In this document: one piece after another, positions 53,724 to 64,000 of the stretch
Position numbering within the stretch: position 1 is the stretch's first letter
Layout: each line of letters starts with the position of its first letter
DNA from: Octopus vulgaris
Lineage: Eukaryota
Direction of reading: 5' to 3'
Assembly: GCA_951406725.2 (NCBI GenBank)
Contig: OX597816.1
Coordinates: 98,766,001-98,830,000 of the forward strand
DNA: 64,000 nucleotides
Position numbers and translations under genes: made by a program
Notes under the pieces: model-generated
What the model was told of the DNA's origin: nothing
The model's input: the letters and a program-made list of their open reading frames with translations, nothing else
Database searches by the model: none

Positions 53724-54610
53724 TATATATATATTTCTTCGGTACTCTTTTAAATCGTTAATTAGGATTTCTCACTACTGCCGGTGTATCTTACACGATT
53801 TGATATTTAATTGAAAGTTTTTAATCTCAAATTTAATATGATTTTTAATCGATATATCAACCTTTATTTATTTATTCTTTTCACGTATTTTTTTTACCTC
53901 ATATAACTCTTATTTCTTTCTAAATAATATATAGATATGTTCCTTGCCTTGATGCAATTTTATGTTATACGTGGTTATTATGTTGATATAAATGGTAAAT
54001 ATAAAATGACTATCTAAATTTTTGTCTCGTCTTATACCTAGTTATATAATATATATACGCATTATGTATATATGGATATATACACAGATATATATGGTTG
54101 TGTGAGTATATATATATATACATATACACAAGTGATACAGATTAATGAATCCTTTGGTCTGTATCTTCTGCCGTTATCCCAGTTCGAACCAAGTCTCGAT
54201 ACCGTATACTGATTGACAGTAATTTTTTGAAGTTTCTTTGATTGAAAATAACTTGAATGGAAGATAATCCTCGAGTACATATTTTCTCGTTGTGTATGTA
54301 TGAAGATATAAGACATACTGTCGATATAACCCAAAGAGTTATTCAACGAACAGCTGCAACTTTTTTGGTAGAAATAATGTGTCAGTTGGTGTCTATGAGA
54401 AATACTTCTTAAGCTCTGATGTGATGCATTCGTCCATTTGTGTAGTTATCTGTTATCATACATAACATAAAGACTTCAGGAAAGTCAAATTTACAGCAGT
54501 ACTAACAGCCATCCAGAATTTAGTAGACACTATAGACAACGGTCAATGAGGCATAAATGCATCTAATTATTTCACTAGTCGTTGCTGGGAATATTTCTTT
54601 GTCCCTCCGA

Positions 54611-54643
<33 letters not shown>

Positions 54644-55846
54644 AAATACAGAACGTCTATTACAGATATAATCTCCAGCTGAATACCGCAGTAAATTGGC
54701 TTTCCGTTATATATCTACATTACGTATGATACACATATATGGTTATTTTAATACTCCTTGTATAGCAGATAACGTATTCCAGTTCTATGTTACGTACGAA
54801 TGAGCGATACATTTCTCAGTAGATTCGCGTCTCAGTCAATATCATATATCTAAACGATTTCAAACAATTTGTAAAGGGTTTTGTGAAATAAGTAAGAAAA
54901 TAAGATATTCGTTCCGATAAACAACGGAAACCATATAACAGATTTTAACTCGCGCAAATGAGCTGCCACCCAATAACTCGTGATTTATGTAAGACAAAGA
55001 CATAGTAATTTACATTTAGTTTTAACTAACTTCAAAATCCCATAGTTTACGGGGAAATGTATAATGGGTAGTCTCTAGTATTTACAGACCTTTCTAAGTC
55101 ACAAAGTGTCTCACCAGAAAATATTTTCTTTACTTATCTCTGTAGACATATACTATAACATGATTAGCAGCATACTTGAATATTACGCTTTAAGAAAAAA
55201 AATCATCTTACGAACATTAACCCATAGCAGATTTTATTATTTTATAAATATTTCTCACATGATATACATATATCAACATAATATAAATAGCATAATATAG
55301 ATAAACAATATAAACATAATAGAAATAGAAATGTTGCTCTCGTTTACTCAAATATCTGAACACATTTTGTTAAATGTGTCCAATTGCAGATTTACCAATT
55401 CTTCAATGTTTATATATTTCAGTCGGTTCTCTGTAAACTTCATAGAATATTTGTGTTATGGTTCACTATACAAACGAAAGGAGAATTACATATCGTCAAT
55501 AGATTGCATATCTAATTCAGTATCGTTGGTCAATGTCTTCCAAAATCGGTATTCAAATATACATCCTCGAAATGATTAAATATTCACAGCTGAAAGGATT
55601 GTTTAACAAAAATTACTTGAGAATTATATTTACTTTGGCAGATTCTAAAGCAACAGAATTAGTCAGAAACAAATACAGCCATTCATTGTTGTAGTCTTTT
55701 ATATATTTTCCTATGTTCAACGATATTTCGACTTCTATCATTTTGTGTGCAACATACTACAGGCCATGCAGTCTTGTTACGTTGCACGTAACTAGGCATC
55801 TAAAATACATAAAACAACTCGTATGTTAAGAGGAAATCGCATATTA

Positions 55847-56233
55847 TTTTCTACTCTAGGCACAAGGCTGACATTTTGGAGGCCAGTCGATTAGATCGAC
55901 CCCACTATCGACCCGGAAAGGATGAAAGTTAAAGTCGGCCTCGGCGGATTGGAACTCAGAACGTAAAAACAGACGAAATACCGCTAAGCATTTCGCTCGG
56001 CGAGCTAACATTGCTTATTTTTTATTGCCCACAAGGCTAAACATAGAGGAGACAAACAAGGATTAAGTCGATTACATAGACCCCAGTACACAGCTGGTAC
56101 TTCATTTATCGACTCCGAAAGGATGAAAGGCAAAGTCGCCCTGGGCGGAATTTTAACTCAGAACGTAATGACAGACGAAATACCACTAGGCATTTCGCCC
56201 GGCGGGCTAACGCTTCTTCCAGCTCGCCACCTT
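55847..56233 (-). mobile_element. Dimeric SINE family B with 17-bp target-site duplication
   Basis: Two head-to-tail monomers with different tails; the direct repeat gaggaaatcgcatatta lies at 55830-55846 and 56234-56250. Confidence 0.9.
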
Positions 56234-56696
56234 GAGGAAATCGCATATTAAAATAGTGATTTGCAAAATCATGTCCTGTAATTCATGAACCCATCTTACA
56301 AGTTTCCTTTTAAGCCTTTTAGTTTTCACTATCACTACTTTCATTGTCATTTCCCTTCTCATCCTCATTATTCTTTATTGTTGACGACGCCCCTCCCTGC
56401 TATTGCAGTAGTGATCCTTTCGTGTTCGTCATGGTGATTTTCATTATCATCATCATTATCATTATAATATGTAGCGATTTGTGGAGCGGGAGATTCATTT
56501 TAATTTATGACAGGTGCATGGCGTCAAACACCGGGAAACCTTCCTCTTCTTATTTACTTTTTAACTTTACTTTAAACAAGAAATGTTCTGCACTTTTCCT
56601 AGAGCACTTATTCTCACACCAAGGTGAAAAATATGTGGAATTACGTATAACAACTGAAGTATACACTGAATGTATACAGAGAGTTCTCAGGGTCAC

Positions 56697-56741
<45 letters not shown>

Positions 56742-57637
56742 TGTGTCCATCGTTCTCAGATAGTATGCATATTCAATAACAAATTATATTCATGAAGCTC
56801 GTTCATCAAAGCATAGTTGCAACCCAGTAAGAGTGTCTCCGAGCAAATACTTGATCTTCTCAACTTACTGATCTCATTTTCTTCAAATCGCGTCCGACTA
56901 TCGTGCTCAGTATTAAAATTAGAAGACAAAAGTGAATAATTTCCTGAATAATATATACAAGTGCGATAATGATGAGGGTTATAATGCACATGGTCCTGAG
57001 AGTGTTCATTTGTGACCTGGTATTGTAGCTAAAAAGTATAAAACATAGGAAAACAGAGACAATATACAATTTTTTTATCTTCTAATAAAGCTCTAAATAT
57101 TTTACAGGTTATTGTAATCTCACACCTCTTAGATAATCCCATATTTTGTTTCTCGTAGTGCATTCTAGGCCCGCGAACTTAATATGTATATCCTTTTTGC
57201 AAGGACGATCGAGTGACTTAAAGTTTTTCGTTCTTATAATAGTCGAGCACGTAGAGATCCTCCTAGAATGTAATATACCATTGAAATTGTGATATTTCTC
57301 ATAAAAGTTTGTTATTACATTGTGTCTAAAACATTTTCAATGGACTTTACACCAATTTAACATGATTTTATTCTTGAAAACATCGAAAAGTCATTCTGAA
57401 TAATGCCTTTGATGATATTCTCCTAAGTTGAACGTAAAGCAACAGCAATTAACAAAGTATTATTTGTTATGCGTCGCTAGAAATTAACAGCGTTTTTTTT
57501 TTTATAACATATGACTGGCATAGCAACTACAAGAACGCGCTACCATCTTGAAATAACTTCAACCAATTAAAGAATGTCGATAAATTTTACATCGTAAAAT
57601 AGACATGCAGAAGGCATTAATTTCATGGCATTCATGA

Positions 57638-57724
57638 GAATCATTTTTATCTTTAAATTTTTATGGTGTTTCGTTTAAATTGCCAGCGTGTCAGCATCTG
57701 GAACATTAAAGATAAAAATGACTC
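57638..57724. repeat. Inverted repeat with 19-bp arms (18/19 match)
   Basis: gaatcatttttatctttaa at 57638-57656 and ttaaagataaaaatgactc at 57706-57724. Confidence 0.75.
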
Positions 57725-59527
57725 CTTCATTTTGAAGCAATATGACTCATCATATTTGGTTATGTACTTTACTACATTTTTAATATTTGCTACATATATT
57801 GGGAAGTAATGAAACAAGATAAGTCAACAAAAATAATAAAATAATTCTTTACGCATTCACCAAGTAATTTCTATAGCTATATATCGGACATTATGCATAC
57901 ATATAGGCTCACTCTCTTACGTGTACACATGCACCAAAATTAAGCAACGTACGCTCAAAGACACATTCGTATAAGAATACAGGTGGTAGAGAGCTAGATT
58001 GGCATGTGCATATATATAGATGTGTGTGTGTTTGTATGTATGTATGTATGTGTGCATATCATGTACTTGCGTGCGTGCATAGTAATGATATATCCTGTAC
58101 ACATAAATGCTAACACCACAATGTGAACACCATGCTGTAGATTCATAATTATATCATCCATGATTGCAAATAGACACGTTGTTCGGCTCACAGGCAGCTA
58201 AGTGCGGGATAAGCAGCTTTAAAATTTACTGTTTGTCATGAAAAATTCACAAATCTCAATTGCCACAACAACGAGACTGTCTACTCGTACACATGAATTA
58301 CACTTACGCATGCGTACGAGTTTCACATACTACCTTTTCTCTAAAACAAAAATATCGACTCCGTATGGTGCTTATTAAAAATTTTCATGATTCGATATGA
58401 TATATTTTAAGGATTTAATTATTTCTAGTGATGAAAATAACAATTATCGAATTTATGAACATTATGTACCTAACATATATGTGTGTATGCATATGTATGC
58501 ATGTATTCGTATGTGTGTATGTCTGTAAAACGTGCGAATAAATTAATTTAAGACACCCGTCACTTAGGTGACGCAAATGGTAAGCGATAAATTTCTTCTA
58601 ATCCTTTGCAAACAAAATTCTAATGCTCTTGTCATATGTGTTAACTGACTTTTGCTGATTTTCTGAGATGAATAATCACTATTTGTATAAGTAGATTTTT
58701 TTATAAACTAATGTCCGCCTCTCTGGATTTATAAACTTGATGTTTTGAATGTTGAAATAAATAGACGTTTTCCAGATACCTATTCTATTCGGTTTGATCT
58801 CGATCCGAACTCAATTGACAGGAACTGATAATTCTTATTTCGTTGACCGTACTCACGTATTGTAGAGGCAGTTATTGACCATCAGTAGAAGTGTTAGTTA
58901 GTAGTGAACATTTCTTCTGACAGAAACATTGCCTGAAAGGAATGGCATGGAGTACATAGAATATGTTGGTGAAATGGTTTATGAAACATCACATGAGTGA
59001 TCGAGAACTAAAACATCGATTCAGTCTTAAGTTTTCCACTTCCAGTGGTGAAAAATACATTAAACCCAAGGACAACTTAATCAATATTAACTAGATTAAG
59101 CATAGAATAATTCCCGGGGCATGAACAACGCATAAAGAACATGAATAAAGGGACTACTTCAAAAACATTCAGACAATATAACAGAACGTAGCAGCCCAAT
59201 GAGAAAGGTAGAGAAAACAGCAGACTAAATTTTGTGACTCTAAAATGAAGTATCTAAAATTGAAATACCTTACGTCCTTATGTTTATTGTGCAAACCATT
59301 ACTTTTCTATGTATATATATTCCAGATGTCTTCCGATGTATCATGTACGAGATTTATAACCGTAAACTGTGGCCTAAAAGCTGTCATATCTCTTTAAAAT
59401 TCTGATGTCTTCTCTAACAAGAGTAGTTTATCCGTGTGTAAATATATTTCCGTTTTCACATATAAGTTTCATTTTGGATTTCTCAAATACATATGTACAC
59501 AGCAGTCACAAGTACACAGATACTGAA

Positions 59528-59573
59528 CTAACAAGGAGCATCCGTTGTCTTCCCTAACAAGGAGCATCCGTTG
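59528..59573 (+). repeat. 20-bp exact direct duplication with 6-bp spacer
   Basis: ctaacaaggagcatccgttg-tcttcc-ctaacaaggagcatccgttg. Confidence 0.85.
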
Positions 59574-62500
59574 AATGTCCTTCTTAAACAAATGTGCAAG
59601 TTATTCATGTTCCCAAAGCCTTGAATCACATGTCATATTGATGAGGACTCTTCATTTTCTATGTGTGAAGCCACAACAAACTCACTTTATAATGAAAACT
59701 TACAAGTTGCAATATAACCAGAGATAGCTTTACAATTTTGCATAGAAATCTCAAAACCAGCAAACTACAAAATGAAAGAAATCTCAAGTTGAGAATCAAC
59801 GAGCAGTCAATAAGCTTTTGAAGTGATTCGACAAATGCTGATGTTGAAGAAGTGGTTAAAATGAGAAAAATTCAAACTATTCACATCAGGCGAACTTCTG
59901 CATTTGATTTCATTTATATTATAAATTAATTTTCTTGAATAATTAAAATTATGTATCGTGGCACCGAATGACCTGTTAGTTGTTCGTTCGATTGATCAAA
60001 AATCTCATATATTTTACCGTAGTACTAAGATACAAAGCAACACCATTTAAACATTTTAGATAATCTAGCCGCATTAATTCCATGAACTGAAAGTTTGTTA
60101 TTGTGAATGAAATAATTTGATAATTTTCCATATCCCAAACAACGCTGAAACACTATATACATTATTCCCTTGGCAAGGTGATTGTTGCATATTCTAGAAT
60201 AACCATTTTAATCATGGTTCAACGAGAAGTAGCAACTCGCATACTCTACATCACTCAATCATCTGTAATATTTAAGTGAAATGTCTTCTTCCTGAGTAAT
60301 AAAAAAATGATCCTTAAGAAATATGACTTGTCTTTTGAGAGATATTCTTTAGATAGTTATCTATTTACCACATTTTAAAAAGTACTGATGGGATGTATTT
60401 ATTCCATCATCAGAGACTGAATGTTGGGGATCTTTTTTAGGTAAATTAAATTAAACGTAGTTCAGTGTCTGTGTATTTGTGACTGCCGTTTACTTATGTA
60501 TTGGAGAAATCGCAAATGAAACTTCTATGCGAAAACGGAAATATATTTACACACGGATAAACTACTGTAAGGACAAAGTCGTTCGCATACGAAATATGTA
60601 CGACAGAAATAGAATTTATGCTTATGTAAATAAATCGATTCCAGTATTTTCTTGTAATTCTAAATAATTATAATTACTCCGAATATGATTAGACAGAGAT
60701 ACAGTTTGTACATTTTAGATTCCACACAATTTCTGATTAAAAAATCTTACCATGAATATACATCGTAAAGTATATTTAACAATTATAGAAAATCATTTAA
60801 CGCATATTACGTGTCCACGTCTCTCCATTATAAGTAGAGTAGTTTTAGTGAGGTAACGATTATTAGCATTATGCTTACATGATGTCTCATATTAAAAATA
60901 CTGAGATGAATTAAATCACATACTTTTATCATCTTCCATATATCGCCAAAAAATGCTACTGAAAAAGCTATGAATAGATTTTGGATTAGAAACTTCGTGT
61001 ACAAGTTTCTTTTGATGAGTATAAAATTTCAACGTCATGAACAATTTTCATCAATGCAGCTGACAAGATATTTAAGCAACATAATGTTTTTATTTTTATA
61101 GTTCCTTAAACGGATAACTATATACCAATAAGAAATGCAGTATGTACCAAAGCCAATTTACTAAATTAATTGATTATGCCAAATTTAATAGGGTTTATTT
61201 AAGAAATTACGTACGATATTTCCCTTAATATACTTAACCATACATTACCGTTTACACAAACTCTTCATATATATGTATAATAGCACCAATGGATCTTTCT
61301 ACATAAGACACACGTTTTCGTAAAGCGTATCAGAAATTAACATCGCATTTTCAACAGTTCTATAAAGGTTTCATTTTTAGGTTAAACATGTGGATGCTCA
61401 GTAAGAAAACATCAAATAAACAGATAATGCAGCAGGTTATATGATTTATTATATTAATTTTGAAACAAAGTTCAGAAACATGTAATCCGTTTATGATTTT
61501 ACAACTGTTTGACTCAGTTTTATCGCTCATTTGAAGTAAACTCAAAAGACATATACATGGTATCCGTGAACGAGCGAAGCTATATGTGTAGCGATTTCTT
61601 AAAATGCAAAAGTAAAGTAAAATCAATTGAGAAAACCATGCATCAGCATTAATAATAACTCAACTACATTAGGTATAGTATGCAATCAATAAATATTAAT
61701 TACGTCGATATTAGTATTTTTCAAAACATGCACGAAACATGTTAAAAAAGTTTTTTGTTCGTGTGGCTAATTAAGAAAATATTATAGTAGACAAATTTAG
61801 AAACTGAAGGTGGGATATGGATTCGATGGTATAAAATCTGACATCTAAATCGTATTTCATGTCATTGACATATGTTGCCTGAATTGGCATATGGCATAAA
61901 TTGCTTGCACTAGCTTCAAGGACCATGGAGAACCCTAATTAGATATCGTAAAATGGACTCTTCAACTGCATCCTTTCCATAAACCTAGCACTTGTAATTA
62001 TATTGAATTTCTATGCAGTAATTATTCATAAAATTCATAGGGGAGACATGGAATAACAGTCTTGGTTTTGCCATGAGATTCGGTAACATAAAATTAATGA
62101 AACCTTGTCAATTACACAGTTAACGAAGCCTCTTCTCTAGAAGCACATCAATAATTTAATCCAACTAATTGTTTTAGTTAGATTTCTGGTTTTTAGAGAA
62201 AGAGCATGGCGCGCTATGTTCATGTTTTAAAGAATTAAGTTAACAATGCAAGACAAGTTAAAAATTCGCAATTTTAAGAAACTTTTGAAACTGTGCAGCA
62301 CCATTTTTAGTATTTTAGCACTGGTTGTTTACCGGTTCTTTAGGAAACTCTTCGAACTAACCATTATGATATATCATTCTAATGTCATACATTTCATGAC
62401 TACATCTGTTGTATTCAAGAGAACTGAAAAATTGGTAAGATTGGAATAATTTGAAGAACCTAAAATATCTTCAAATACTAATCTGGTTGCAATGATATTC

Positions 62501-63926
62501 TATACCTGTTTTTATAAACATTGCTGCTTCCGTCTATATATGATGTACATCATAAATCACATCCCCGTAATCTTTCGGTAATCTGTCTTTATATATCTCT
62601 TTGTCTTTCAGCATATCAGGTCGTTGTTCTCTCTTGTAACCTCTATCTGTGTATTTCACATCTCTCATAATCTTTCTCAACTTATCATCTAGATAATTTC
62701 TCTCTGTTCCTGTTTTTGGTTCATCTTAATTTCTACATCCGTCTCTTTTCTCATCTTTTCTTTTTAAATGTCGTCATTCTTTACACCCGCATACATTCCA
62801 CTTTCTTTATATTTATATCCTCTTCCCAAACACTTTCTCCAACTCTGTCGTTTCTTATTATTTCTTTCACTTGTTTTCAGTTTCATACAAAGAAACCTCC
62901 ATGAGTGAAATATGTTTTCTTCCGGAAATATATCCAGGACAATTTTGTCAGCTCGATAATTTTCATTTCCCTTCCCTTCCAACTTATTGTCATAAAATCA
63001 CAACCGATTTAGAATGTTTCTGAATAGGGAAATTCCATTTAATAACTCAATTGAACAGCATTTGAACTACTGTTCAGCTTATTGCCTTCGGCAAACTAAG
63101 TTTCAGCACATGTGTTTCTGAAATTTCTTCATTATTGCAACTGATTGTTTTCCACATTCCCAAACATCAAACAATCATTTTCTATTATATGGCAATACTG
63201 TTGATTTTAAATGATTTCCTACAAAGTCAATTCAATTTATTTCAATGCCACATTTAGAGAAACATCACTCTCAAGTATCAACGTTGATGATGCCAGGCTC
63301 TAGCTGCAAGTGGTAGGCCTGAAGCAGACATTAAACAGTGATTGTGCTTGGATATATAAATCCTAAGAACTCCTTTTTAGTCAGCAATCGCAGTAAGGAA
63401 ACAGTTGCCTCTGAAATTTGGCTGTCGTCCTTTCATACTGCAGTACTATAAAACAGGCGTAGTTTTCTTTAGACAGCGACAGAATAACAGAATACATAGG
63501 AACTGAGAGATGGAACTGGGGATATTACAAGCCAGCGATAAATAGACTACACCACCGCTATATGTGCTAAAATAGCAATGCAGTCTATCTTACATAATTG
63601 CCTACTGCTATACTAATTGACGCATTAAGTACACAAATATATAAATATATAATTGATCGCATGAGAGCACGATCTATGCTCAACTAGGGCTACAATTTCA
63701 TTCGTTTTTCGAATTGCTTATATGTGCTTTTACCGCTTTTGTCATGAATCATGTTCATGATTTTTCATTTGTTTAAAATGTCATTATTGAATCTCTAACA
63801 CATCTTTCGAAGAGTCGCACGTCGTGATAGTCGGCAAAATTGATGATATGTGAAAAATAGACAAAATATAATCGAGTTTCTCATATTCAATAGAAACAAA
63901 TCCAACTCTAGCACTATTTATAAAAA

Positions 63927-64000
63927 TGATATTGATGATAATGATGACGACGACGACGACGATGATGATGATGATGATGATTATGATGACGATGATGATG
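63927..64000. repeat. (GAT)n/(GAC)n microsatellite running off the window end
   Basis: Directly visible. Confidence 0.9.

Noticed and set aside
54062-54346. 94-aa non-repetitive minus-strand ORF
   Set aside because: No recognisable domain or clear splice context; it is consistent with a chance ORF.
60395-60418. Additional intact hammerhead
   Set aside because: It has gtct-CTGATGA-tggaata on the minus strand like the 9480 family, but the GAAAC/GUH half is missing; it is only a remnant.

Overview
AT-rich animal genomic DNA, dense in microsatellites, with no recognisable host protein-coding exon; it is most likely intronic or intergenic. The SINE families resemble those I recall from octopus (coleoid cephalopod) genomes; that assignment is an inference. 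Nearly all ORFs in the supplied track are translations of (TA)n/(CA)n/(AAT)n tracts or chance ORFs. The real content is a record of old mobile elements: (i) a complete 1290-bp DD34D mariner with 37-bp TIRs and TA duplication, nested in a CR1/L2-type LINE whose frame is restored when it is removed; (ii) several R4/Dong-type (RLE) retrotransposon fragments next to (TAA)n tracts, including two different families fused tail-to-tail at the same RT motif; (iii) CR1-type RT remnants; (iv) an RTE-type 3' end with three C2H2 fingers; (v) at least four tRNA-derived SINE families, one dimeric with a 17-bp TSD; (vi) short Penelope-like terminal-repeat fragments in (TA)n tracts carrying minimal type I hammerhead ribozyme motifs, of which the one at 9480-9527 (minus strand) looks intact. 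All alignments and translations beyond the ORF track were done by eye.
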